From Candidatus Cloacimonadales bacterium (GTDB lineage: Bacteria > Cloacimonadota > Cloacimonadia > Cloacimonadales > DAONDQ01), in assembly GCA_963662275.1 (NCBI GenBank), contig OY759316.1, positions 3,744,001-3,808,000 on the forward strand: a stretch of 64,000 nucleotides of DNA, given 5' to 3'. Within the stretch, counting starts at the first letter, position 1, and each line of letters begins with the position of its first letter. The notes under the pieces were generated by a model. The model worked only from the letters and a program-made list of their open reading frames with translations. It ran no database searches and was not told the DNA's origin. Shown piece after piece: positions 53,887 through 64,000 of the stretch. The position numbers and the translations under genes were made by a program.

Positions 53887-53980
53887 TTATACCTGTTTCA
53901 ATCCTGTTTCATACCTGTTTCATTCCTGTTTCATTCCTGTTTCATTCCTGTTTCGCAAAACTGATATGGAACAGGTATAA
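53887..53980. repeat. Six 11-bp tandem repeats (wwcctgtttca) plus one inverted copy
   Basis: Direct copies 53890-53955; tggaacaggtataa at 53967-53980 is inverted relative to 53887-53900. Confidence 0.9.
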
Positions 53981-54424
53981 ACCTTGCTTGAACTTGGATT
54001 TAATTCAGTATAAAGTATTCGGGTCTTTGTTTGCCTGGAGGCAAGGTCTTGTCCGACATTTGAGGTTTGTTTGTATGAAGAATGATAGCAATTAAGCCGT
54101 CTCTTTCATGTTACTTCCCGACATTAGACTGTTATGATTCAACTACTTCACTATTAACTCTTTAAATGTAACTACATCTAGTGCGGTATCAAATGAACCA
54201 TAACCTCCTTTGTCGTTGAAGTACCTTGAAAGATTGTATATAGCAATACAAAACAATAAATGTTAAATTACTGAAAAGGAGTCAAGAAAATTATGCAAAA
54301 AGTAAAAAAATATTGGGGTAGTAAATTTTGAATATAACCATATTGACACTTTTAGGTTCTAGATAGAAATTGTGAAATATAAGTGTTGGAAGAGTAGGTA
54401 ACATCAACTGAGAAGGATGTATTT

Positions 54425-55231
54425 ATGCGAACGAGGATTGTCATTATTGTATTTTGTACCTTGATTATTCTGTCTATATTAGGATGCCAGAAGAACCATA
54501 TCACAAACCTTTCCGATTCAGGATTCTGGAAAACATTTGATTTTGAATCTACGGACTTAAATTTTTTTACAAATGGCAGAACCATTCAGAATCAATTTTA
54601 TGCAACTAATACAACAGGAACTGTGAATTTTTTAGATTATACAAATTATCAGGTTACGGATTTTGACAATCTCGCTGTAGGTTATGATTATAAACCAATT
54701 ATTTCAGAGGATTTTGCAGTATTTCTTTTAAGTAATACAAACAATTAATAATAATTTCTATCTCTCTTATGATAATGGTGACAACTCAACCTATCAAAGA
54801 GTTATATATCCTGATTTAACTTATAAAGACTCTCTCGTACCGCAAATACATAGTGCTATACTTTTTTTTCATTTAGAAACATGTTATGGGCGCAAAAAGT
54901 AGATCGGGAACTAGCCTATACTTCTGATTTTATTAACTGGCAGCATTTTGGTTATTTAAACCCGTATTTTTTTGATTTCCGAGAAATCGAAAACTCTGTG
55001 TTTATCTATACAAATGACGAATTATACTGCTTTGGAGATTCAACCATGACTGGTAATCTTTCTCAGTTACCAACTGAGAATATCAAATCAAGAACCATAA
55101 CGTCTATTAGTAAATTCCATAATGATATGATAATTACTACAACAAATGGGATTTTCTACCAAGACTATGCCACGGCAATGAGTAAAAAAATACTTATTTC
55201 CAAGAACAAGATTTTAGGCTTGGAGAATTGA
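54425..55231 (+). pseudogene. Probable disrupted lipoprotein gene
   Basis: Lipobox ILGC; ORF stops at 54748, coding-like sequence continues in another frame (NNFYLSYDNGD...) and shifts again near the T-run ~54861-54868 into the 54881 ORF. Confidence 0.55.
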
Positions 55232-55392
55232 GAATGAAACCGGACGGGCGTACTGCCGTGCGTACCTATAGTATCTGACTGTAAGATGTTGGCTTATGCA
55301 AAGTACATCCTGAAGTAGTTAGTACAAACTTATCCGCTGAATTGGATGCTACAAGACTCCTGAAGTAATCTTTACCATTCCTAAAGAAACAA

Positions 55393-56547
55393 CTACATAA
55401 GAGACTTAATAAAGCATCTTCTTCTTTTATGCTGTCTTTGCCCAAAGTATTTCCACTGGGCTTGTACTCTGTTATTACTCTCAAGTTCGGGATTGGTTTC
55501 TGCTTTGATAAATTTGTTATCAATATAGCTTTGGATTAATTCTCTAAAAAGCAGTGAGTTCACCCCTTTATCCTGGAGATCAGGTCGAACAGCCATGAGG
55601 TATAGATCTACAGTACTTTCATTTTTCAAGGCATCCAGGATATAGAACACTCCAAAAGGAAAGAGTTTCCCCTTGGCTTTTTGAAATGCTCTCGAAAGTG
55701 AAGGAAAGGTTAATCCGAAGGCTGCTACTTTATCATCTTCATCGAGAATCAGACTAATCAATTTCGGATTCGCCATACCTATATATTGTTTAATGTAAAG
55801 GTCGATTTGCTTCCTGGTTAGAGGAACGAACCCGTAAAAATCCTGGTAAGCTGAATTTAATAGTTCGAAGATATCGACAGCATAATGCTTGATCTCTTTA
55901 ATCCTGGTAGCATGAAGAACTCTCAGTTTATATTTTTTCAGAACGATCTCAGAAATCCTCTCAATTTTTTCAGGAATTTTGTCGGGAATGATGATTTCAT
56001 ATTCCATCCAATCTACATCCTTTTCATAACCAAGTTTACTGAGGTGTATCGGATAATAAGGATAGTTATAGATCGTTGCTATATTGCTTAACTCATCAAA
56101 ACCTTCAATTAGCATACCTTCAGGGTCAAGATCTGTAAAGCCAAGAGGTCCATGAACTGCATGCATACCATGTGACTTTGCCCAATTTTCAACTGTAGTA
56201 ATCAGCGCTTTTGATACATTCTCATCATCAATGAAATCAATCCAACCGAAACGGCAGTGTTTTTCGTTCCATTTTTCATTATACTTATGGTTGATGATAC
56301 CGGCAATTCTCCCTACTACTTTCGCATTATGATAGGCTAACCATACGTTTACATCACAGAATTCATAAGCAGGATTTTTATCTTTATTAAAGAAATTCAT
56401 CTCATCATTATTTAATTGAGGAATCCAGCATTTGTTTCCACGATAAAGAGAAAATGGAAAAGAGACGAATTTCTTCAAGTCTTTCCTAGTCTTTACTTCC
56501 TTTATAACAATATCAGTTGTTAATAACATAATACACTTGCTCCCCAT
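55393..56547 (-). CDS. GNAT-like N-acetyltransferase (YghO-like)
   Basis: VGRIA.I.N, RFGW.DF.DD, GP.GF.D.D..G.L.EGFD, YN.PYY. Confidence 0.78.
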   Translation of the reverse strand: MGSKCIMLLTTDIVIKEVKTRKDLKKFVSFPFSLYRGNKCWIPQLNNDEMNFFNKDKNPAYEFCDVNVWLAYHNAKVVGRIAGIINHKYNEKWNEKHCRFGWIDFIDDENVSKALITTVENWAKSHGMHAVHGPLGFTDLDPEGMLIEGFDELSNIATIYNYPYYPIHLSKLGYEKDVDWMEYEIIIPDKIPEKIERISEIVLKKYKLRVLHATRIKEIKHYAVDIFELLNSAYQDFYGFVPLTRKQIDLYIKQYIGMANPKLISLILDEDDKVAAFGLTFPSLSRAFQKAKGKLFPFGVFYILDALKNESTVDLYLMAVRPDLQDKGVNSLLFRELIQSYIDNKFIKAETNPELESNNRVQAQWKYFGQRQHKRRRCFIKSLM

Positions 56548-56927
56548 ATTTAACCAAAGTCAAATGCAGTTAATACGACAATATCTTCATTATTGATTTT
56601 GTCTTAAGATATGATTTTATCCAAAACTATGAATATTGAAGCGACAGAAAGTATTCCCAAATTTGTCAAGATTAATCATGACTTTATCAGGAGCTAGAAC
56701 TTGGATTTCATCACAATTCAAAGACTGTTTGATTTGAGATTGTTCTCCTACAATGCTTCATTTTATACCGAAAAAACAAGGACAAAAAATGCTCAAAAGG
56801 AATCTGAATGAAATTATGGATAGAATCCAGGCTAAACTTTGGCTAATTACAGCCTGAATTTAGTTGACTCTCCTTCGACTACGCTCAGGGAAGCTCCTTC
56901 CCCCCTAAATCGAACAACAACCTTTAT

Positions 56928-58820
56928 GGAGATGTCCCGAAACTAGCATGATTTTATTTTCTTCTGTTGTAAAATATGTGATTGTTTTTACAGGCAAACT
57001 AAATTACTCAATAGTTTCCGAAAAGCGATGCAAAGACAAGGAAAAACGGAGTAATATTTACCTAATTCATGTTTGAATTCTGGTAGGAAGAGTCTTCATC
57101 AGGCTTTTCCTTCAGTATTTTGTAAGTGCAGAAACATTTTCCCTATATTATGTCCTAAAAAGAGGAGGGATAACTGTTCCTTGCATTTTCTCAATGAACG
57201 GACAGTAAATCTCTCAAACTTCCTGTTCCACTTCATGAAAGCAAATACAGCCTCCGGTTCGATGCCTCTTTGCTTTCTCAGCTTGTCGCCTTTTTCAGAA
57301 AGCAGATTATTGACTGTCTGACGTTTTAGTGGAGCTATATGAGGATCGTAGGTCAGTGATTTATGTGTTTTATCCTTGTAGGGAATACACTTTTTATTGT
57401 GAGGACATTCTCTGCAGTCATTACATATATAGGTTTTCACGATTCGTTTCGGACCGTTCTTCTCTGTCTCTTCTTCCTTGATTTTGACCAGTCTCCGATT
57501 AAATTGACAGACCCACTCATCATGCTCCTCATCATAGCTAAAGCCTGTCAGAAGAGAGTCCCGATAATCTCTCTTATAATCCTGGGTCTTGAGATAGCTT
57601 GTTATCTCTTTTTCAGCAGCATAATTCAAATTCAGCGCAGTGCCATAGGCAGCATCTCCAACAACGTCGGTAGGATATTGTCCCAATTCATCATGCATTT
57701 GCTCCATGAGATTGGGAAATTCAACGGTTTCTTTAGGGATATTGAATAAGTGAATGCCTGTGACAAATTGCTCTGAAGTTCCGATACTGGCAACATAACC
57801 CGGTGCCAGCTGTCCATTTTTCAATCGCATAAATGTGGCATCATTATCAGTCTTGGATGTGCTGCTGCGTCCTTCTCCAATTATCTCAAGCTGTTGCTCA
57901 TATTTCTCCAGCTTAGTTATATCATTGCTCTTTGATTTGGAGATTTCGCGCAAAAGAGATTTGATTTTCTTGATAGCCCGAGTATCTGACGGATGATTTT
58001 TCTGTAGTCGGGACATTGCTTCTTTCAGCTTGTTTTCTGCTGAGACCAGTCTATCTCTGATCTGTTCAGATGCGACTGTAGCAGTTTTCTCTGATTCAAC
58101 CGCATGCAATTGCTCACCAAGCTCAAGAAGATCAGCGGTTCCATATTGCTGTTGCTCTTCCTGATTATATTCCTCGATCTTTTTAAACAATCCCTCAACT
58201 CGTGTCTTGACCAGTTCCTGATAACGAAGCGCATTGCTTTTCCAGATGTAGGAATTCTTGCCGGCATTTGCGTGAATCGTCGTCCCGTCAACAAAACAGG
58301 TGTCGAGATCAAGATATCCTAATGATGATGCTTTCAGTACTACCTGATAAAATACATCAATAAGAATATCAGAACACTTAGTCCAGGCAAAGGTGTTGAT
58401 CGTTCTGAAATCAGGTTCCTGTTCTCCTGCCAGCCAGATAAAATTGATGTTCTCCCGAACAGCCTTAGCTATCTTCCGACAGGTATAAATACCATTGATA
58501 TAGGCATACACAATGATCTTCAACATCATCTTGGGATGATAAGCAGGTGTACCTTCATCAGAGTATCTTGTGTATAGCTCAGATAAGTCCAGTTGCTCAA
58601 CGACATCGTTAACATAACGAACCATGTGCTGGGGAGGTATTCTCTCTTCAATATTAAGTCCATAGAGTGTCCCCTGATTCGGATTGTGCTCTCTGAAATT
58701 CATAATTCTCTCTATGCTTAGTTTTTAAAGGCAACAATACACCCTATAACAATATGTCAAGTAATATGATTAATATTTAATAGTTGCTATTTTTCTATCA
58801 TTTAGTTTCGGGACATCTCC
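56928..58820 (-). mobile_element. Complete IS1182-family insertion sequence
   Basis: Perfect 18-bp terminal IRs ggagatgtcccgaaacta (56928-56945) and tagtttcgggacatctcc (58803-58820) enclosing the transposase. Confidence 0.92.
57099..58703 (-). CDS. IS1182-family transposase
   Basis: G.PAYHP.MMLK, PDFRTI, VDGT.I.ANA, TD.DA.FM, GDAAYG, R.I.PE.VF..MK. Confidence 0.93.
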   Translation of the reverse strand: MNFREHNPNQGTLYGLNIEERIPPQHMVRYVNDVVEQLDLSELYTRYSDEGTPAYHPKMMLKIIVYAYINGIYTCRKIAKAVRENINFIWLAGEQEPDFRTINTFAWTKCSDILIDVFYQVVLKASSLGYLDLDTCFVDGTTIHANAGKNSYIWKSNALRYQELVKTRVEGLFKKIEEYNQEEQQQYGTADLLELGEQLHAVESEKTATVASEQIRDRLVSAENKLKEAMSRLQKNHPSDTRAIKKIKSLLREISKSKSNDITKLEKYEQQLEIIGEGRSSTSKTDNDATFMRLKNGQLAPGYVASIGTSEQFVTGIHLFNIPKETVEFPNLMEQMHDELGQYPTDVVGDAAYGTALNLNYAAEKEITSYLKTQDYKRDYRDSLLTGFSYDEEHDEWVCQFNRRLVKIKEEETEKNGPKRIVKTYICNDCRECPHNKKCIPYKDKTHKSLTYDPHIAPLKRQTVNNLLSEKGDKLRKQRGIEPEAVFAFMKWNRKFERFTVRSLRKCKEQLSLLFLGHNIGKMFLHLQNTEGKA

Positions 58821-58967
58821 GGGGGTACCCCAAACTTCTTGACAAACTAGCACACTCCCAGATTTTCACTTTATATGCAGATTGATCTGTTGAGTGAGAC
58901 AACCGGCTGAAACCGGAGCTACCCTGACTTTACATTAAATCAGGTGCATTCTGCATGAAATAGGCAA

Positions 58968-59044
58968 GCCCCCGTAGCTCAGGTGGATAGAGCAGTTCCC
59001 TCCTAAGGAAAAGGTCAGCCGTTCGAGTCGGCTCGGGGGTGCCA
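58968..59044 (+). tRNA. tRNA-Arg(CCT)
   Basis: Anticodon ct-cct-aa, CCA. Confidence 0.93.
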
Positions 59045-59108
59045 TTTTTTTATTATAAGTAACCATTAGTGGAATGTTATTCATAACATTTGGTTGAGAT
59101 TGTGTTTA

Positions 59109-60353
59109 ATGGTTATAAATAACAATTCACGGAAGGGGTTTCCTACGAAAACAATCTGTATCATCGGTGCCGGTCCGGCAGGACTTTTCTCAGCTTTACA
59201 ACTTGGTTCATACGCCAATACCATTCTTCTTGAAAAGAATGCCAAAGCTGGCTTGAAACTTCGCATCAGCGGTTCGGGGCAGGCAAACTTAACGCATTCC
59301 GGTACAGAAGAAAACTTCATACATCACTACGGAAATCATGGTCACTTCCTCAAACATAGTTTATTCAATTTCAATAACCAGGCACTATGCAGGTTCTTTG
59401 CTGAAAACGATGTACCACTTGTGGAACGACCAGATGGCAAATATTTTCCTCAATCCAAAAAAGCGGATATGGTAGCTGATAAATTAATTTCTCTCTGCCT
59501 GGAAGATGATGTGAAAATCCTCTACCAGGAACCTGTGCTTGAGATTAGAAAGCATGGGTCAGAATTCACAATTACTACTCCAACAAAGACGTTGAACTGC
59601 GATATTGTTATCTTGACAACCGGGGGTATGACTTATCCGCAGACCGGCAGTACTGGTGATGGATATCGTCTAGCAGCTTCTCTCGGACATAAGATCATCA
59701 AACCGAAGGCTGCCCTTGTACCATTCAAAATCGCCAATTACCAGTGGGCAAATATGTCAGGGATTAGCTATAATGATGTTAAAACAGATATTATTCGCAA
59801 TGGCAAATGCATTGCCAGTTTGATTGATTCAGTGCTTTTCACACATACTGGTTTGTCTGGTCCGGCGATACTGCATCTTTCGCGTTATGCTTCCAAAAAT
59901 GATATTGTACGATTGCATATTTTGGATGATAAGCAATGTGAGCAGTTGTCCAAGACTCTGCGATTCCTGACTTCTTCCAAGAAGTCGATCAAGACTATCC
60001 TGCATGAATTTGGCATGGTATTTCGCATGATCGATATGATCCTGCCCATGTGCCAGATCGGGGAAACAGAGACACCATCACACCTTGCACGTGAGAAGCG
60101 GGAAGCCCTGCTTTATTTACTGGAGCATTTCGATATGGTAATAGCTGATGCGGAGGATATCAATACGGCGATGGTCACTGCAGGTGGTGTTGATTTGGAG
60201 GAAGTGAATTCGAAAACGATGGAATCGCGGATTGTGCTGAATCTGTATTTAGCAGGAGAAGTCCTGGATATAGATGGAGATTCCGGTGGATATAATCTGC
60301 AGGCTGCGTTTTCCACTGCGTTTACGGCAGTCCAAGCAATACTGAAAAAGTAA
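59109..60353 (+). CDS. HI0933/BaiN-family flavoprotein
   Basis: IIGAGPAG, G.K..ISG.G..N.T, TGSTGDGY, FTH.G.SGP, GEVLD.DG..GGYNLQ.A; start uncertain (59094 or 59109). Confidence 0.9.
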   Translation: MVINNNSRKGFPTKTICIIGAGPAGLFSALQLGSYANTILLEKNAKAGLKLRISGSGQANLTHSGTEENFIHHYGNHGHFLKHSLFNFNNQALCRFFAENDVPLVERPDGKYFPQSKKADMVADKLISLCLEDDVKILYQEPVLEIRKHGSEFTITTPTKTLNCDIVILTTGGMTYPQTGSTGDGYRLAASLGHKIIKPKAALVPFKIANYQWANMSGISYNDVKTDIIRNGKCIASLIDSVLFTHTGLSGPAILHLSRYASKNDIVRLHILDDKQCEQLSKTLRFLTSSKKSIKTILHEFGMVFRMIDMILPMCQIGETETPSHLAREKREALLYLLEHFDMVIADAEDINTAMVTAGGVDLEEVNSKTMESRIVLNLYLAGEVLDIDGDSGGYNLQAAFSTAFTAVQAILKK

Positions 60354-60360
60354 CTATATC

Positions 60361-60388
60361 GTGGAGTAGGATCGGAATCCTACTCCAC
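60361..60388. repeat. REP palindrome overlapping the RAYT stop codon
   Basis: gtggagtaggat-cgga-atcctactccac, perfect 12-bp arms. Confidence 0.9.
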
Positions 60389-61060
60389 AATAATAGGTTT
60401 CAGGTCTTCTTTTATCCAGGTTCCATACCATTCATTCCAGTGCTGAACTAATCCTGCTTTTACAGGATTTTCAATTATGTATTCAAGAGTATGATAAAAC
60501 TCATTATCATTCTTTATTAAGTGATCATATGATTCTTGCTGCCATAGGCTACCTGTTCTATTGAGAATTTTGTTGATTTGATTTGCTGTATATCTTTTCC
60601 ATGAGTAATTGATATGAGCCAAACTAACAACAGGAACATCAGGTTTAATGATAGGTAAAATTAACACATGCACGTGATTCGGCATGATGCAATATGAGAG
60701 AAGTTCATAATGTTGATTATCAAAATAACGGAAGGCATTTGCAATAATATCTGTGATATCAGATCTATGCAGTAATTGTGGTACTTCTTGAGACTTTGAG
60801 ATTAGCTCATCAAAACTACAGAAGAATGTATAATCTTTTATATTTTGCTGGTTTTTCTTTTCATGTTCTGATAAGGTTTGATATACTTTTTGCCATTCAT
60901 TCTTTTTGATGCTAAGTTCATGTAAGATTGATTTTGGCAAAGTGAATTTGAGACGATAGGTAATAAATATTGGCTGAATAATATCGTAAAGATGAGGAAG
61001 ATTCTGAGAACGGTATGAGTACTTCAGATTTTCCTGACCGATTGTGTTAAAATTCTTCAT
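60380..61060 (-). mobile_element. REP-associated tyrosine transposase (RAYT/TnpA-REP, HUH Y1)
   Basis: LPH, FITYRL, YCIMPNHVH (HUH), WQQESYDH.I, YI.ENPVKAGL..W; flanked on both sides by REPs. Confidence 0.9.
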
Positions 61061-61080
61061 TTTACCTCCGTAATTGAAAT

Positions 61081-61518
61081 GTGGAGTAGGATTCCGATCC
61101 TACTGAACATCTTACCCAAAGGGAACAATCAGATTTTATAGATGATAGGATATTTGTGAAGTCAAGAAAAAATGCAAATTCAGTAGGATCGGAATCCTAC
61201 TCCATGACGGAAATCCTGCTTCATGACAGCCTCGAGTCCAGTAAGATCGGAATCTTACTCCACGTTAAAGATTGATATTATTCTTTAGCCTCGAGTCCAG
61301 TAGGATCGGAATCTTACTCCACGATGGAAATCCTGATTCATGACAGTTTCGAGTCCAGTAGGATCGGAATCCTACTCCACGATGGAAATCCTGATTCATG
61401 ACAGTTTCGAGTCCAGTAAGATCGGAATCCTACTCCACGTTAAAGATTGATATTATTCTTTAGTCTCGAGTCCAGTAAGATCGGAATCCTACTCCACGAC
61501 TGAGTCTTATTCCACGAT
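61081..61518. repeat. REP inverted doublet followed by a tandem array of six REPs
   Basis: gtggagtaggattccgatcctactg at 61081; cagtaRgatcggaatcYtactccaYg at 61181, 61239, 61298, 61356, 61414 and 61473. Confidence 0.93.
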
Positions 61519-61519
61519 A

Positions 61520-63493
61520 CTATTTGATAAATGTGAATTTAATGAGTTTCTGATTGCTATGTTTATCTTCCAGCTTAAGAAAATAGATACCGGAGCTTTT
61601 ACCTGAAAGATCAATATCCAGTTTATCATAATTCATGCTAGGAGAAACGTAATCTAATTTCTGTCCTCTGATATTATAGACGGCAATACTCTTCAATTCA
61701 GATTCAATCGGCAAGGAAAAACTAAAGATCTTGTGCTTAGCCATTGTCTTTGAAGAATAGCGAATATTCTTCAGGAAATAATGGTTTACAGTTACATCTT
61801 CATCTGATTTCGTAAAAGAAAGAATATGCTCAGAGCCAGCTTCCATCACAGGAATAGTTTGTACTTGATCGAAATAAGTTAATTCAACATTTGAAAGTGA
61901 AGTTGAAGAAGTATTCGAGATTTTGAACTGGATATTATCATTGGTGACCAGGACATTCTGGATCATTAGAGAATCTGAAGCCAAGATACGATCAAAAACA
62001 TTCTCCGTAGTATCTATCCATAAACCATGATTTTGCTGGTAATCATCCATCATTTCAAAACAAGTATTTGCCTCCGGTTTGAGAGCAGCAATTCTCGTTT
62101 GCGGATCGTAAGTCAGAAAATTGTAAACCTGTGCCGTTTCCCTGAAGAGGCAAAAATGAGTATAAACGATAAACAACCCTCTTTCTGCAATTAATGTATC
62201 CAAGTGAGGAGCTGTAACATTTACTGAGAAACTGTTGTTCGGCATATCCGGCATCGTCCATTCGGAGCACATGCGCCTTTTAAAAAAGTATAAAGGTTTA
62301 TCCGTGATTGCATATACACGATGTGGCAATTGATTGAATTCCGTATAAGCATTGATATAACTTTCTGATTGATTTCTCATCATCCATACATATTTGATAC
62401 TCGATTCCAGGATGATATCAAGACTGTAAGAAGAAGAGTCAGGAATAGTTCCATAATTGTCAAAATTCTCGTAATTAGTGCCATGATCGATCCAGACTTT
62501 CATATTATAGGGTTTCATATCATAGAGTAAATTCTGTCTCAGGAGACTGATATCATCATTAAAATTCGAATAAGTATGATATCCGATACTGTTACCATAA
62601 CGCAATAATTCGTTCCAGATAGGCTTCAGAGTCGGAAGATCTTCTCCAAAAACGGTATTTGTTACCCGGATATGATTTGTGGCTAACCCTTTTTGTTTAT
62701 AATCAGCAGAAAGTGAGTCACTGGTTCCAAAATAAGCAGCCCTGAGGAAACTGTCAGATTCATTATCGGCATCATTGGAAATACATAATGCAGCTTTCTT
62801 GCCAGCAGGATAATAATTAATAAATGGAAAGAAGGGTTTGGTTTCAGCAATCAGGAAAGTATAGTCATTAGAATCACCGTTTTTCCGAGGATACCAGTTG
62901 TGCATCGTTTCCGTTCGAGGAAAAAAAGCCCAATGATCATGGTAATCATAGAGTAAGATTTGGTTGTTTTCAATTCGCTCAATGCCAGATGTACCATCAT
63001 AATGAGAACCGATGACCCAGAATGAGTTTGAACCGGAAGAATACTGAACAATTTTATTTGAAAAAGGAGTCGTTGGGTGATTTTTGGATGCATCCTGCTG
63101 CATGACTGCTTCCGATCCGATTAAAAGTTGCGTATTTGTCGGAGTATGCAAGACGATGGAAATGAACCTGATTTCAGTATCCATTTTATAATCGATTCGG
63201 GTATAAACCTGGTAGTTATTATTGAATGGTTTGAAACTGATTTTCATATTCAATTGTGGTACGTTGTAGTTGAAGCTGAATTCTCCATTTTCTTCAAAAA
63301 CAGTCTGTAAAGTAGGTGTAATCGCCAAGGTAGTATAGGTAACAAGATCGCTGTTGTAAACCAGTATGACGGGTTCAATACGAATGCTTAACTGATTCAC
63401 AACGATGCTGTCGTTAGCACTCCAAGTCAGGCTTGGAAGTGCTGAACATATGAAACTCATGGCAATAATCAGGATAATCATATATTTATTCAT
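61520..63493 (-). CDS. Secreted protein with possible polysaccharide-deacetylase-like domain and T9SS-like C-terminal domain
   Basis: Signal peptide; YP.GK.AALC..NDAD, IGYHT; VYNIRGQ...SGIYFLK. Confidence 0.65.
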   Translation of the reverse strand: MNKYMIILIIAMSFICSALPSLTWSANDSIVVNQLSIRIEPVILVYNSDLVTYTTLAITPTLQTVFEENGEFSFNYNVPQLNMKISFKPFNNNYQVYTRIDYKMDTEIRFISIVLHTPTNTQLLIGSEAVMQQDASKNHPTTPFSNKIVQYSSGSNSFWVIGSHYDGTSGIERIENNQILLYDYHDHWAFFPRTETMHNWYPRKNGDSNDYTFLIAETKPFFPFINYYPAGKKAALCISNDADNESDSFLRAAYFGTSDSLSADYKQKGLATNHIRVTNTVFGEDLPTLKPIWNELLRYGNSIGYHTYSNFNDDISLLRQNLLYDMKPYNMKVWIDHGTNYENFDNYGTIPDSSSYSLDIILESSIKYVWMMRNQSESYINAYTEFNQLPHRVYAITDKPLYFFKRRMCSEWTMPDMPNNSFSVNVTAPHLDTLIAERGLFIVYTHFCLFRETAQVYNFLTYDPQTRIAALKPEANTCFEMMDDYQQNHGLWIDTTENVFDRILASDSLMIQNVLVTNDNIQFKISNTSSTSLSNVELTYFDQVQTIPVMEAGSEHILSFTKSDEDVTVNHYFLKNIRYSSKTMAKHKIFSFSLPIESELKSIAVYNIRGQKLDYVSPSMNYDKLDIDLSGKSSGIYFLKLEDKHSNQKLIKFTFIK

Positions 63494-63719
63494 AAATGCA
63501 TATTAATTTTAAAGACAAAACTGTCAAAAAATAACTTGCATCAAATCGAAGATTTGTTTAAAAACAGGTTTTAATCGACAAGTTACTTGACGCTTAGTTC
63601 TATCCAAAAATATTGAAAAATGAAATGAGTCACAAAACAACAATGTAAAAAACTACATCCTGAAGTGAGTGCTGCATTGTTTGGAATAAATGATGAAAAA
63701 AAACGGGAAGGCGGTTATC

Positions 63720-64000
63720 ATGAAAAGTCCTGTTGAGTTAATTCTCGCAAAAAGAGATGGTAAAGTTATATCATCAAATGAAATAAAATCTTTCATCACG
63801 GACTATTTGTCAGGGAAGATTCCTGAATATCAGATGGGTGTTTTATTAATGGCAATATTCTTCCAAGGTATGGAACCGGAAGAAATTTATGCTTTAACTG
63901 ATGTGTATATTCATTCCGGGAAAACGATTCAGTTTCCGTTGGAAATGCATACTACAGATAAACACTCAACAGGTGGAATTGGTGATAAGATCAGTCTTAT
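63720..64000 (+). CDS. Pyrimidine-nucleoside/thymidine phosphorylase, 3' end outside window
   Basis: MKSPVELILAKRDG...IPEYQM..LLMAIFFQGM...DKHSTGGIGDKISL. Confidence 0.92.
   Translation, partial: MKSPVELILAKRDGKVISSNEIKSFITDYLSGKIPEYQMGVLLMAIFFQGMEPEEIYALTDVYIHSGKTIQFPLEMHTTDKHSTGGIGDKISL

Noticed and set aside
53883..54095. 70-aa ORF MIIPVSILFH…
   Set aside because: It is merely the translation of the 11-bp repeat array, with a TTG start and no SD.
61181..61498. CRISPR array
   Set aside because: Spacers are only two recurring types, the repeat also occurs as dispersed singletons (24007, 60361, 61081), there are no cas genes, and the neighbour is a RAYT.

Overview
AT-rich bacterial chromosomal window. 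The lineage is inferred, not proven: many secreted proteins end in a FlgD-Ig/T9SS-like C-terminal domain after an 'ANDD/SNND' linker, and there is a PorV-like gene, which suggests an FCB-group organism such as Candidatus Cloacimonadota. Core genes include the tRNA-Thr/Tyr/Gly/Thr-tuf-rpmG-tRNA-Trp-secE-nusG-rplKAJL-rpoBC-rpsLG-fusA cluster, prmC, murA, trxA, groES (with CIRCE), polA, smpB, tpx, a split fumarase with malic enzyme, lspA, tdk, divIVA and tRNA-Arg. Accessory content includes a 5'-truncated IS4-family transposase, a complete IS1182 with 18-bp terminal IRs, and a decaying defence/TA island (FRG and DUF262 pseudogenes, Fic, HigBA, DUF488). Most notable are: (1) a RAYT (TnpA-REP) with a REP doublet and a CRISPR-look-alike tandem REP array that has only two spacer types; (2) REP-type palindromes that have entered coding sequence (two in-frame in polA, and the 3' ends of the DUF488 gene and the RAYT itself); (3) an FGE/CLec protein whose 3' end carries a DGR variable-region codon signature, with no RT or TR in the window, encoded next to a small secretion-tagged protein that shares its N-terminal module; and (4) divergent core proteins (EF-G domain IV, nested SBHM repeats in RpoC, and a Moco-fold lipoprotein with Ser in place of the Mo-ligand Cys).
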